The notes beneath the pieces were generated by a model, which saw only the letters and a list, made by a program, of their open reading frames with translations, was not told where the DNA came from and did no database searches. DNA of 43,501 bases from Chloroflexota bacterium. GTDB lineage: Bacteria > Chloroflexota > Limnocylindria > Limnocylindrales > CSP1-4. The stretch covers positions 1 to 43,501 of the forward strand of contig JAYUDR010000015.1 in NCBI GenBank assembly GCA_043739665.1, written 5' to 3'. The first letter of the stretch is position 1. Each line of letters starts with the position of its first letter. Below, one piece after another: positions 17,032 to 25,760 of this stretch. The translations under genes and the position numbers were made by a program.

Positions 17032-17727
17032 ATGACCGAATCGTACGGCGAGACACGAGCCATTCGAGTGCTCCTCGTCGACGACCACCAGCTTCTGACC
17101 GGAGCTCTGTCGCAGATGCTCAGCCGTGAACCGGACATCATCGTGGCTGGAGTTGCGGGCAGCGTCGCGGAGGCCAAGGCCATGGCGCGTGAGCGTCTGG
17201 ATGTCGTGCTGATGGACTATCGGCTGCCCGACGGAACCGGCGCGGAAGCGACTCGGGCGATCAAGGCCCGCTGGCCGGCCGCGCGGGTCGTGATGCTGAC
17301 CGCCCTGACCGACGACGAGACGGTACTGGAATCAATCCAGGCCGGGGCAGACGGCTATCTCACGAAGGATCGGGCCATTGATGAAGTGGTGAGTGCGGTG
17401 CGAGCGGCTTACGCCGGCGAGACGCTGCTGCCACGATCAGTAATCGTCGGCATCGCCCAGCGTGTAGCCGCGGCCCGCGAGCGCGGCACCGAGCGGCGCC
17501 AGATCGAACCCCTCACGCCCCGCGAGATGGAAGTGCTCAAGGCGCTGACCGAGGGTCTATCTACGCCCGAGATCTGCGAGCGCCTCTACATTGCGCCGAA
17601 CACACTCCGAACCCATGTCCAGAACATCATGGGTAAGCTGCGGGTCCACTCCAAGCTGGAGGCGGTCGCTTTCGCGCTTCGCCACCGCCTGGTCGAGCCG
17701 CCCAAGTCGGACGACAGCCTCTTCTAG
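17032..17727 (+). CDS. NarL/FixJ (LuxR-type HTH) response regulator
   Basis: Receiver domain IRVLLVDDHQLL...DVVLMDYRLPDGTG...YLTKD. HTH region LTPREMEVLKALTEGLSTPEICERLYIAPNTLRTHVQNIMGKL. The ATG at 17032 is preceded by aaagggg. The track ORF start at 16726 would overlap tyrA. Confidence 0.9.
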   Translation: MTESYGETRAIRVLLVDDHQLLTGALSQMLSREPDIIVAGVAGSVAEAKAMARERLDVVLMDYRLPDGTGAEATRAIKARWPAARVVMLTALTDDETVLESIQAGADGYLTKDRAIDEVVSAVRAAYAGETLLPRSVIVGIAQRVAAARERGTERRQIEPLTPREMEVLKALTEGLSTPEICERLYIAPNTLRTHVQNIMGKLRVHSKLEAVAFALRHRLVEPPKSDDSLF

Positions 17728-17815
17728 TCGCTCCGCGCCATAGAGCCCAGTTCCCCCGCCCGGGACGGCGGCCTGTGCGACCCGCACCAAACTTTCATGT
17801 TCGCCCAGGTGTGAG

Positions 17816-19171
17816 TTAAGCCTCGACGGCCTCCAGGGCGTGCTTGACCTCTGCCGCCGGATACTCGTAGTCCTCGAGCTGGCCGGAGAGATAGCGCTGA
17901 TAAGACGTCATATCGAAGTAACCATGGCCCGACAGGTTGAAAAGGATCACCTTCTTCTCTCCTGTTTCCCTGGCAACCAGCGCCTCGTCGATCGCCGCCC
18001 GGATGGCGTGGTTCGACTCGGGGGCCGGGATCAGGCCTTCGGTTCGGGCGAACTGGATGCCCGCCTCGAAGCAAGGGCGCTGATGGACACTGCGGGCCTC
18101 GATGAAACCTTCGTGCTTGAGCAGGCTGACCAGCGGCGACATGCCGTGGTAGCGGAGGCCGCCGGCGTGGATCGGCTCGGGGATGAAGTCATGACCGAGT
18201 GTGTACATCTTGACCATCGGGGCCATCTTGGCCGTGTCGCCATAGTCGTAGGCGTAGCGGCCGCGTGTCATGCTCGGCGCAGCTTCCGGCTCGACGGCGA
18301 TGACCCGATACTTGCGACCGCCGCGGAAGGTCTGGCCCAGCCACGGGAAGGCCAGACCGGCGAAGTTGGATCCACCGCCGGCGCAGGCGATGATGACGTC
18401 CGGCTCCTCGCCAGCCATCTCCATCTGCTTGATCGACTCGAGCCCGATCACCGTCTGATGAAGCATGACGTGGTTGAGGACGGAGCCCAGCGAGTAGTGC
18501 GTGTCCTCGCGCATCACCGTATCCTCGACAGCCTCGCTGATCGCGATGCCCAGAGAGCCGGTGCTGTCCGGGTGCTCGGCCAGGATGGCACGGCCGGCGG
18601 CCGTGTCCATGCTGGGGCTGGCGACGACGCTGGCCCCGTATGTCTCCATCATCATGCGGCGGTACGGCTTCTGATCGTAGCTGGCCCGCACCATGTAAAC
18701 CTTGACTTCAATGCCGAACATGGCCCCGGCGTGAGCGAGAGCACTCCCCCACTGGCCGGCGCCAGTCTCGGTGGCGATGCGCTTGATGCCCTCTTCCTTG
18801 TTGTAGAAGGCCTGCGGGATCGCGGTGTTGGGCTTGTGGCTGCCGGCAGGGCTGCCGCCCTCGTACTTGTAATAGATGTGGGCAGGCGTATCGAGAGCCT
18901 TCTCAAGCCGAAGGGCCCGCACCAGGGGGCTCGGCCGGAACTGCTTGTACAGGTCCCGCACGGGATCCGGGATCTCGATCTCCCGCTCTGTCGAGACCTC
19001 CTGCATGATCAGGGCCATCGGGAAGAGCGGGGCGAGGTCGGCGGGACCCAGAGGCTGGTGAGTGCCTGGGTGCAGCGCTGGTGACTGAGGAACGGGCAGA
19101 TCGGCCGAGATGTTGTACCAGGCCTTCGGGATCTGCTCTTCGCCCAGCGTAAAACGAGTACGTGCGGCCAT
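17816..19171 (-). CDS. trpB: TrpB2-type tryptophan synthase beta-like PLP enzyme
   Basis: The TrpB2 N-terminus [13 protein letters not shown]...[14 protein letters not shown] is typical of the family. PLP region [16 protein letters not shown] loop. The ATG at 19171 is preceded by AGGAG. Confidence 0.9.
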   Translation of the reverse strand: MAARTRFTLGEEQIPKAWYNISADLPVPQSPALHPGTHQPLGPADLAPLFPMALIMQEVSTEREIEIPDPVRDLYKQFRPSPLVRALRLEKALDTPAHIYYKYEGGSPAGSHKPNTAIPQAFYNKEEGIKRIATETGAGQWGSALAHAGAMFGIEVKVYMVRASYDQKPYRRMMMETYGASVVASPSMDTAAGRAILAEHPDSTGSLGIAISEAVEDTVMREDTHYSLGSVLNHVMLHQTVIGLESIKQMEMAGEEPDVIIACAGGGSNFAGLAFPWLGQTFRGGRKYRVIAVEPEAAPSMTRGRYAYDYGDTAKMAPMVKMYTLGHDFIPEPIHAGGLRYHGMSPLVSLLKHEGFIEARSVHQRPCFEAGIQFARTEGLIPAPESNHAIRAAIDEALVARETGEKKVILFNLSGHGYFDMTSYQRYLSGQLEDYEYPAAEVKHALEAVEA

Positions 19172-19355
19172 CTGACTCCTCCCGCCGGGTATGCCGGCGA
19201 CGTAAGTTGCAAGGCGCCGAGGTCGCCCCAACACGACTGTGGCCGCGCAAGCCTAGCGGCTAGCGAGGGAGGCATGCAAGACTGGCCGAGAAACTGGCCT
19301 GATTGGACGCCGGATCAGACGGCAGGCGTTGACCGAGATAGGGTGGCTCGGTGGC

Positions 19356-20039
19356 TCAACCGTTCGTCAGTCGCGCCTCGGCGAGGCTCTCATAGTGAAC
19401 CGGACCTCGGCCAACAAGAGTCTTGTAGAGGATGATCCGGTCAGCCTGCCACGTCAGACGCAGGTCCCGGGCCGCCTGCGTCAGGACGCGGGCCCGCTCG
19501 TCGGCGCCGGCCACGCCATCCGTGCGGGCGAGCGTCAGGTGGGGCGTGAATGGCCTCGTCTCAGCCGCCCAGCCCAGCGGGGCGAGTTCCCCGTTGAGGC
19601 GCTGGACCATAGCACCCATATCCTCGGAGCCCTCCGCAATTCCGATCCACAGAACACGCGGCGCAAAGGCGTTGGGAAATGCGCCACCTCCTGAGAGGAC
19701 GACGCGGAAGGGAACCGTATGTGCGGCTGCGGTCGCAAGAGCCGCGGCGATCTCGGCCTGCCGCTCGTCCGGCGTAGCGCCAAGAAAGCGGAGCGTCAGA
19801 TGGAGATCGTCAACTCTGACCCAGCGCGGCTGCCCTGGGCCGCGCTCGGCGATCGGGCCGCCGGCGACTTCCTCCATCAGCTTGCCGACGGCGACGCGGA
19901 TCTCCTCCGCCACGGGCACGGCGATGAACAGACGGCTCGTGCCGGGAGGATCGTCCTGTGGCCTGACGAACGACCTGCCGCTACGAGGACGGCCGAAAGC
20001 GCGCACGGGCCCAGCCTCACTCCTGTCGCTCGAACTCAT
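19356..20039 (-). CDS. thpR: RNA 2',3'-cyclic phosphodiesterase (2H family, ThpR/LigT)
   Basis: Two HxTx motifs: HLTLRFLG and HLTLAR. RLFIAV beta-strand. About 35 aa of N-terminal extension if the ATG at 20039 is used. Confidence 0.85.
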   Translation of the reverse strand: MSSSDRSEAGPVRAFGRPRSGRSFVRPQDDPPGTSRLFIAVPVAEEIRVAVGKLMEEVAGGPIAERGPGQPRWVRVDDLHLTLRFLGATPDERQAEIAAALATAAAHTVPFRVVLSGGGAFPNAFAPRVLWIGIAEGSEDMGAMVQRLNGELAPLGWAAETRPFTPHLTLARTDGVAGADERARVLTQAARDLRLTWQADRIILYKTLVGRGPVHYESLAEARLTNG

Positions 20040-20051
20040 CTGGAGCGCGTC

Positions 20052-21140
20052 TCAGTCGTTATAGAGACGTTCCTCGATGAGCTTCTCCTGGACCGCCCGG
20101 CCATTTGGGTCGAAGCAGGAATACTCGAAGTGCTTCTCGAACTCGAGGTCAATGTTGTCCTTTCCGCCTCGGTTCTTCTCGACAGTCAGGACGATCCAAT
20201 CCCTGAAGCGCTGGGCCTGGTACGGATTGAACTCGATGTTGACCTTCGCAACGATGTGGTATTTGTCGTTGATGATCAGGATGGAGTCGGCCTCGTAATT
20301 GATGGCCGAGGAGCCGCGCAGGTGGTGGTTGCGCAGCCGCGACGCCTTGAGTCCCTCTTTGTCCGCCGCCACAACTGCGATCATGGCCACTTGCTCAGTC
20401 AGAGCGATGTCCTTGAGGCCGTTCACAACGAACGTAACCTTCTCCGACTCGGTGGGCGGTTCGGGATACATCGGGACCTTCTGCATGTAATCCACGACGA
20501 CGAGGAGGCGCCGATCGCCCGATAGGACGCGATGCTGCTGGATCAGTTTGCGCAGATTGTCGATCGTGCTGGCCGTCTGCGAACCGCGCAGGAGGAAGAG
20601 GTTCTGGCCATACCGGGCAATCCGGTCAAGGCTGGGCCTGAGGCGCTGGTTTGCAGTCAGGCCGGCGCCGCCCTGATTCTCGGCCATGCCCGAGGCCATG
20701 ATCTCTTTGCGGACATCCTGGATCGTGATCGCGCCAGTCTTGTGGGGCAAATGCGCCAGGGCCGACTCCATCGACACGAGCCTATTGAGGAGGTACTGCT
20801 CCTCGTGTTCGAAGCAGATGTACAGCACGTTTGCCTGACCGCCCGACGCCACGTTGCGAGCCATCTGCATGGCCAGCGTGGTCTTGCCGGTGCCCTGGGC
20901 GCCGCCTATGAGCATCAGCTCGCCCGCCCGCAGGCCGCCGCCGATGGTCTTGTCGAGTAGACCAAAGCCCAGCGGAATCGGCTGGTACTCGCCGAAGCGC
21001 CCGCTGGCAATGTTGTCGTTCAGGTCGACGAGCACGTCCAGCGCCGAACGCGGGACCATGCTCCCGTTGTCGGTGTCAAGCCGCCAGGTCAATTGCTCGG
21101 CGGCGACTTCGGGCTCTGTCGGGTTGTCTGTTGTAGTCAC
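20052..21140 (-). CDS. DnaB-helicase C-terminal-domain-like RecA-fold ATPase (no DnaB N-terminal domain)
   Basis: LDKTIGGGLRAGELMLIGGAQGTGKTTLAMQMA (Walker A). ICFEHEEQYLLNRLVS (compare DnaB FSLEMSxEQL). LLVVVDYMQ (Walker B). VAADKEG...LRGSSAINYEADSILII (compare DnaB LRESGxIEQDAD). GTG start with GGAGG 5 nt upstream. Confidence 0.75.
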   Translation of the reverse strand: MTTTDNPTEPEVAAEQLTWRLDTDNGSMVPRSALDVLVDLNDNIASGRFGEYQPIPLGFGLLDKTIGGGLRAGELMLIGGAQGTGKTTLAMQMARNVASGGQANVLYICFEHEEQYLLNRLVSMESALAHLPHKTGAITIQDVRKEIMASGMAENQGGAGLTANQRLRPSLDRIARYGQNLFLLRGSQTASTIDNLRKLIQQHRVLSGDRRLLVVVDYMQKVPMYPEPPTESEKVTFVVNGLKDIALTEQVAMIAVVAADKEGLKASRLRNHHLRGSSAINYEADSILIINDKYHIVAKVNIEFNPYQAQRFRDWIVLTVEKNRGGKDNIDLEFEKHFEYSCFDPNGRAVQEKLIEERLYND

Positions 21141-21172
21141 AACGGCCTCCAGCCAGCCTAGACGTCGGATCC

Positions 21173-22582
21173 CTACAGATGATCGAGTCCGGCTACCTCA
21201 TCCCAATATCGAGCAATAGTCCTGATGCCCGTCTCGTAGTTGACCATGGACATCCATTCGTTGGGGGCGTGGAAGTGCCCATCGGGCGGCGCGAATCCTA
21301 GCAGTACCGTTGAGAGGCCCAGGATAGACTCGAAACTCGCGCACACGGGCACGGAACCGCCCTCGCGGATGAAGAGCGGCTGTACGCCAAAGGTCGCCCT
21401 CAGGGCTCGAACGGCGGCCTGAGCGATGGGCCTGTCTACCGGCGTCAGACTGGGCCCGCCGTCCCCGAGTCTCTGGATCGTGTATCGGATCGACTTGGGC
21501 GCCACGCTGGAAATGCGATCGGCGACAAGCTCGAAGATCTTTTCCGGGTCCTGATCGGCCACCAACCGACAGCTAATCTTGGCATGGGCGTGCGCCGGGA
21601 TGATCGTCTTGGGGCCCTCGCCCTCGAAGCCGCCCCAAATGCCGCACACGTCAAGGGTCGGCCGTGCGCCTACTCGTTCAAGGGTCGTGTAACCGGGCTC
21701 GCCGTGGAGTGCCGGCACGCCGAGCGACTCGCGGTATTCCTCATCGTCGAGACCGAGGGCAGCGAAAGTCTCCCGGTCGGCCGCTGTCAGCTCCACGACG
21801 TCATCGTAGAAACCGGGGACAGTGACTCGGCCGTCCGGGCCTTTGAGCGCGGCCACAATCTGGCACAGGGCGTTGATCGGGTTGTCTACGGCGCCACCGT
21901 AGCCACCCGAGTGCAGATCGATGCTGCTGCCCGTTACGTCCAGCTGGAAGTAGATGAGGCCGCGCAGCCCGATAGTTATGGCTGGCCGATTGCCCTCGAA
22001 GAAGGACGTGTCCGAAATAACCGCGAAATCGGCCTTCAGACGGTCCTTGTTGGCCTCTAACCAGGCGTCGAGGTGAACCGAGCTGGCCTCCTCTTCGCCC
22101 TCGAAGACGACCCGCAAATTGACCGGCAGCGAGCCGCGACTGTTCATGAGAGCCTCGATGGCCCGAACGTGCATGTGAAGCTGAGACTTGTCGTCGGAGG
22201 AGCCGCGGGCAAGCATCTGCCCGTCCTTGACGACGGGAACGAATGGTGGCGACTCCCACAGGTCGAGAGGGTCCACCGGCTGGACGTCGTAGTGGGCGTA
22301 CACGAGGACGGTGGGCTTGCCGGCGGCATGAAGCCAGTCGGCATAAACGACGGGATGGCCACCGGTCTCTGAAACCTCGACATGCTCCATGCCCGCGGCC
22401 GTCAGATCCGCCGCCACGAACTCAGCCGCGGCCCGGCAGTCCGGCGCGTGGGCAGGGAGCCCGGAGATCGACGGTATGCGCAGGAAGTCCTTGAAGCTCT
22501 CGAGGCGCCGCACCGCCGTCCGATCGAGGTATTGCTCGATGGCGTCGTCGCGAACGACGGCATGGGTCCGTGCGTCGGCCAT
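21173..22582 (-). CDS. M20-family metallopeptidase (dipeptidase/ArgE-DapE-like)
   Basis: VLVYAHYDVQPVDPLDLWESPPF...ARGSSDDKSQ...VVFEGEEE are typical M20 metal-ligand motifs. Confidence 0.88.
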   Translation of the reverse strand: MADARTHAVVRDDAIEQYLDRTAVRRLESFKDFLRIPSISGLPAHAPDCRAAAEFVAADLTAAGMEHVEVSETGGHPVVYADWLHAAGKPTVLVYAHYDVQPVDPLDLWESPPFVPVVKDGQMLARGSSDDKSQLHMHVRAIEALMNSRGSLPVNLRVVFEGEEEASSVHLDAWLEANKDRLKADFAVISDTSFFEGNRPAITIGLRGLIYFQLDVTGSSIDLHSGGYGGAVDNPINALCQIVAALKGPDGRVTVPGFYDDVVELTAADRETFAALGLDDEEYRESLGVPALHGEPGYTTLERVGARPTLDVCGIWGGFEGEGPKTIIPAHAHAKISCRLVADQDPEKIFELVADRISSVAPKSIRYTIQRLGDGGPSLTPVDRPIAQAAVRALRATFGVQPLFIREGGSVPVCASFESILGLSTVLLGFAPPDGHFHAPNEWMSMVNYETGIRTIARYWDEVAGLDHL

Positions 22583-22630
22583 TGGGGTTCCTCGATGCTG
22601 CTCTGCGGCACGTGGCGGCTATATGCGGCG

Positions 22631-22636
22631 ATTGTA
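22631..22636 (-). promoter_or_regulatory. Candidate -10 hexamer TACAAT upstream of the M20 peptidase gene
   Basis: The minus strand reads ctggtTACAATcgccg, about 45 nt upstream of the ATG at 22582 (GAGGA before the ATG). Confidence 0.3.
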
Positions 22637-22703
22637 ACCAGCCCGCCAATGGAGCTGCAGGCGCGGCAAAGAGAAACCGGGCGACCTTGCGGCATTCGCA
22701 CCT

Positions 22704-22725
22704 GCGAAAGCCGGGGACGCCCGGC
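22704..22725 (-). terminator. Intrinsic terminator downstream of ftsH
   Basis: The transcript reads GCCGGG-cguc-CCCGGC followed by UUUCGC, starting about 21 nt after the ftsH stop. Confidence 0.6.
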
Positions 22726-22745
22726 AAAGTATCGGCCAGATCCCC

Positions 22746-24677
22746 TCAGGAGGGGCTTGGGCTAGGCGTCGGCGCGGCCGTTGGAGGCACGGCCGGGTTG
22801 CTGAACGTCGAGCTTCCCGCCGTCGGCAGAAGGCTGATGCCGTGCAGGTTCTCCTTAGGCGGCAAGTCGCTGAACAGCTTCTCGAACTCTTCCGTGTCGA
22901 CGGTCTCTTCGGCGATCAGCTTGTCGGCCAGAGCCAGAAGCCTCGTCCGATTCTCGGTCAGGACCTGAGTGGCCCGAATGTAGCCGTTCTCGATGATCGC
23001 CCGGACCTCTTCATCGATGAGCTTGGCAACATCGTCTGAGTAGTTGCGCTGCTCGCCGATCTCACGTCCCAGGAAGATCATCTCATCGTGCTTGCCGAAC
23101 GCGAGCGGACCGAGCTTGTCGCTCATACCCCACTCGGTGACCATCCGCCGCGCCAGAGTCGTGGCCTTTTCGATGTCGTTGCTGGCACCGGTCGTGGTAT
23201 CGCCGAAGACGAGGCGCTCGGCCGCGTTGCCGCCGAGCAAGCCCGCAATCTTGTCATCGAATTCGGTCTTGGACTGAAGATAGCGGTCTTCCATGGGCAG
23301 AGCCATGGTGTAGCCCAAGGCCATGCCGCGGCTGATGATCGTGACTTTGCTGACGGGGTCGCACTTAGGCAGAACCCGCTGCACGACGGCGTGGCCGCCT
23401 TCGTGGATGGCGATGATCCGCTTCTCCGCGTCCGAGATAATCCTGCTCTTGCGCTCCGGGCCGGCGACGATCCGCTCCAGCGCCTCATTGAACTCGGACA
23501 TCCCGATGGTCTTGCGGTTGCGGCGCGCGGCCAGGATGGCCGACTCGTTGACCAGGTTGGCCAGGTCAGCCCCGGAGAAGCCCGGCGACTTGCGAGCCAC
23601 GTTCTCGATGTCGACGGTCTTGTCCAGCGGCTTGCCCTTGATGTGAACTTTGAGGATGGCAACTCGACCACGAAGGTCCGGCCGGTCCAGGATGACCTGG
23701 CGGTCGAAGCGACCGGGTCGAAGAAGTGCCGGGTCAAGGACATCGGGGCGGTTTGTGGCGGCCACGACGATCACATTGGTGTTCGTCTCGAAGCCGTCCA
23801 TCTCGACGAGAATCTGGTTGAGGGTCTGCTCGCGCTCGTCGTGGGACCCGCCCAGTCCGGCGCCGCGCTGGCGGCCGACCGCGTCGATCTCGTCCACGAA
23901 TACGATGCAGGGCGAATTCCGCTTGGCCTGATCGAACAGGTCTCGCACGCGGCTGGCGCCCACGCCGACGAACATCTCGACGAACTCGGAGCCCGAGATG
24001 GAGAAGAACGGCACGCCTGCCTCACCCGCGACCGCTCGAGCGAGGAGTGTCTTGCCGGTGCCGGGAGGCCCGACCAGTAGAACACCTCGCGGAATGCGCG
24101 CCCCGAGCGAGTTGAACTTCTCCGGGTACTTGAGGAACTCGACGATTTCCTGCAGGTCTGTCTTGGCCTCGTCTACGCCCGCCACGTCTCCGAAGGTGAC
24201 GACAGTCTTGTTCCCCAGGAACATTCGGGCTCTACTCTTGCCGAAGCTGAGAGCCTGGTTGTTGGTCCCCTGCGCTTGTCGCATGAAGAAGAAGATCAGC
24301 AGAACAACCAACCCGATGGGCAGGGCCGTGCTGAGAAGGAGCATGAGCCAGCCGGTATCCGGCAGGGGCGTTCGCTCGTATTTGATTGCTGTGACCGGAA
24401 GGCCCGCGCCCTGCAGCCATTTCATGATTGTTGCGAATTCGCCTTCGGCCGGCAGGTCGGACTGGACCGTGTACGTTGTCGCGTCCTTCAGGGTGACCTT
24501 CATGGTCGAATCCTGTATGGAGACCTTGTCCACCTTGCCCGAGGTCACATTCGCGTAGAAGTCGGAGTACGCCTTCGACGACGACTGGGCGGGCTGGATC
24601 AAGGCGTAAAGAAGAGCTGACGTGGCGACAACGAGGACGAGCATTACTATCCCGTTGCGCATGAATCGCGTATTCAA
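22746..24677 (-). CDS. ftsH: ATP-dependent zinc metalloprotease FtsH
   Basis: Walker [23 protein letters not shown]. Walker [13 protein letters not shown] motif [20 protein letters not shown]. Zinc motif [11 protein letters not shown] start at 24677 (GGAGG 13 nt upstream). An in-frame ATG 5 codons downstream is an alternative start. Confidence 0.95.
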   Translation of the reverse strand: MNTRFMRNGIVMLVLVVATSALLYALIQPAQSSSKAYSDFYANVTSGKVDKVSIQDSTMKVTLKDATTYTVQSDLPAEGEFATIMKWLQGAGLPVTAIKYERTPLPDTGWLMLLLSTALPIGLVVLLIFFFMRQAQGTNNQALSFGKSRARMFLGNKTVVTFGDVAGVDEAKTDLQEIVEFLKYPEKFNSLGARIPRGVLLVGPPGTGKTLLARAVAGEAGVPFFSISGSEFVEMFVGVGASRVRDLFDQAKRNSPCIVFVDEIDAVGRQRGAGLGGSHDEREQTLNQILVEMDGFETNTNVIVVAATNRPDVLDPALLRPGRFDRQVILDRPDLRGRVAILKVHIKGKPLDKTVDIENVARKSPGFSGADLANLVNESAILAARRNRKTIGMSEFNEALERIVAGPERKSRIISDAEKRIIAIHEGGHAVVQRVLPKCDPVSKVTIISRGMALGYTMALPMEDRYLQSKTEFDDKIAGLLGGNAAERLVFGDTTTGASNDIEKATTLARRMVTEWGMSDKLGPLAFGKHDEMIFLGREIGEQRNYSDDVAKLIDEEVRAIIENGYIRATQVLTENRTRLLALADKLIAEETVDTEEFEKLFSDLPPKENLHGISLLPTAGSSTFSNPAVPPTAAPTPSPSPS

Positions 24678-24732
24678 GTGTTTAACAGAGCCTCCGGGTG
24701 TGGCTGTCGGTACGAGGCCGAGCGGCCGTCGC

Positions 24733-24738
24733 AGTATA
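24733..24738 (-). promoter_or_regulatory. Candidate -10 hexamer TATACT upstream of ftsH
   Basis: The minus strand reads gggcgTATACTgcgac, about 55 nt upstream of the ftsH start. No good -35 element. Confidence 0.25.
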
Positions 24739-24913
24739 CGCCCGAGGGCCCACTGACTTGCTGAAGGCTAGTCATCGGACGGGAGCCGGGGCCCCGGGTC
24801 GCAAGCCGCGAGACGGCTTCATATGTCAAGACCTAGATTGACGGTCCTTGGTTCGGCGCAACTCGAGTTCTCGTTGGGCGTCCCGGCATGCGCATCGATT
24901 GCCTTGGAAACGA

Positions 24914-24937
24914 CGGCCCGAGCGTCAGCCCGGGCCG
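24914..24937 (-). terminator. Hairpin immediately 3' of the tRNA (terminator-like)
   Basis: CGGCCCG-10 nt loop-CGGGCCG followed by ucguuucc on the transcript strand. Confidence 0.35.
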
Positions 24938-24949
24938 CCAGGAGATCCT

Positions 24950-25024
24950 TGGTAGCGGAGACAGGATTTGAACCTGTGACCAAGGGCTTATGAGTCCCCT
25001 GCTCTACCACTGAGCTACTCCGCC
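24950..25024 (-). tRNA. tRNA with CAU anticodon (Met, or Ile2 if lysidine-modified), encoded CCA end
   Basis: The reverse complement folds as a cloverleaf: GGCGGAG TA GCTC AGTGGTA GAGC A GGGGA CTCATAA GCCCT TGGTC ACAGG TTCAAAT CCTGT CTCCGCT A CCA. The overlapping track ORF 24819..25046 is the usual tRNA artefact. Confidence 0.9.
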
Positions 25025-25070
25025 TCGAGATCGGCCAGCCGCCCAACGCCGCCTCCGACTCGCGGGCGAG

Positions 25071-25076
25071 ATTCTA
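25071..25076 (-). promoter_or_regulatory. Candidate -10 hexamer TAGAAT upstream of the tRNA
   Basis: The minus strand reads gcctgTAGAATctcgcc, about 45 nt upstream of the mature tRNA 5' end. TTGGCG lies 19 nt further upstream as a weak -35 element. Confidence 0.3.
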
Positions 25077-25194
25077 CAGGCAACGCCGGCCTTCTCGCCA
25101 ATCTCACCTCGACCAGGCCCTGAGCCGGGTCTGGAAACCAGATCGAATCGAACCCGACGTCCTCGATTTGCCGGATCGTAGCGCGCAGAGGCTA

Positions 25195-25653
25195 CTACTG
25201 CGTTCCGAACAAAGCCTGCATCCACAAGTCGAGCGGGCTGGACGCATGAGTCGGCTGCTCGGGCTTGATGCCGCTCGAGCCGGCTGCGTTAGAAGGCAGC
25301 GGTGGGGCGTTTGGATCGATTGCGAAGGGGATCTCGCGGGGCGAGCCAAGTTTGTAGCCGCGGGCCATCTGGGAGACGAAGGCGGGCTCCTTGATCAGTT
25401 TGAGTTCAAGTTCAAGAGAGGCGACGTCGTGCTCCATGGCGACGTTCCGGGCCCTGAGTTGATCGGCCTGGTTGCCGGCCGACGAGGCGTCGCCCACTTG
25501 CCGAGCAAAGACGCCGACGAGCCACAAAGCAAAGAGGCCAGCAACGAGCATTGCCAAGCGACGTCGAGTGAACGCCAGAACCGGTCCCTGGCCGGTTCCG
25601 GAGGATGCCGTCGCCAGGTTGGTAGGCGGTTCCTCGGCGTCGTCTCCGTGCAT
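25195..25653 (-). CDS. FtsB/DivIC-like septum formation initiator (single TM plus coiled coil)
   Basis: TM segment LAMLVAGLFALWLVGVFA, then coiled coil QLRARNVAMEHDVASLELELKLIKEP, then FVSQMARGYKLGSPREIPF (compare the family C-terminal motif). The assignment rests on architecture and motif resemblance only. Confidence 0.55.
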   Translation of the reverse strand: MHGDDAEEPPTNLATASSGTGQGPVLAFTRRRLAMLVAGLFALWLVGVFARQVGDASSAGNQADQLRARNVAMEHDVASLELELKLIKEPAFVSQMARGYKLGSPREIPFAIDPNAPPLPSNAAGSSGIKPEQPTHASSPLDLWMQALFGTQ

Positions 25654-25659
25654 GTGTGA

Positions 25660-25688
25660 ATCGTAGCTGCGGGCAGCTGACGTGTCAA
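25660..25688 (-). promoter_or_regulatory. Near-consensus sigma-70-type promoter whose predicted start site coincides with the ftsB-like ATG (leaderless)
   Basis: The minus strand reads TTGACA (25688-25683), a 17-nt spacer, TACGAT (25665-25660), 6 nt (tcacac), then ATG (25653). No Shine-Dalgarno motif. The inverted repeat AGCTGC-gg-GCAGCT (25665-25678) occupies the spacer. Confidence 0.55.
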
Positions 25689-25714
25689 CACGGTTTCAGG
25701 TTTGCAGACGCTGC

Positions 25715-25720
25715 TACACT
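25715..25720 (+). promoter_or_regulatory. Candidate -10 hexamer TACACT upstream of mrfA
   Basis: gctgcTACACTggcc lies about 40 nt upstream of the ATG at 25761. The -35 element is weak (GGTTTC). Confidence 0.25.
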
Positions 25721-25732
25721 GGCCGTGCCTTT

Positions 25733-25746
25733 CGCACGTATGTTCG
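25733..25746. promoter_or_regulatory. SOS-box-like palindrome CGCACGTATGTTCG (13/14 match to the Gram-positive LexA box CGAAC-N4-GTTCG)
   Basis: Read directly. The one core mismatch is GCAC in place of GAAC in the left arm. It lies between the candidate -10 hexamer and the mrfA start codon. Confidence 0.3.
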
Positions 25747-25760
25747 GTTTGAGGTCCACC

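Noticed and set aside
17840-19084. 414-aa plus-strand ORF
   Set aside because: It is antisense to the TrpB2 gene. The translation is low-complexity with no recognisable domain.
23088-24080. 330-aa plus-strand ORF
   Set aside because: It is antisense to ftsH. Same reasoning as for the other antisense ORFs.
24824-24829. Perfect TTGACA (minus strand) upstream of ftsH
   Set aside because: The hexamer 17-18 nt downstream (GCTTGC/CTTGCG) is not -10-like. I kept only the weaker TATACT candidate.
24819-25046. 75-aa minus-strand ORF
   Set aside because: It covers the tRNA(CAU) gene. The peptide ...SVVEQGTHKPLVTGSNPVSAT is the classic translation of a tRNA sequence.
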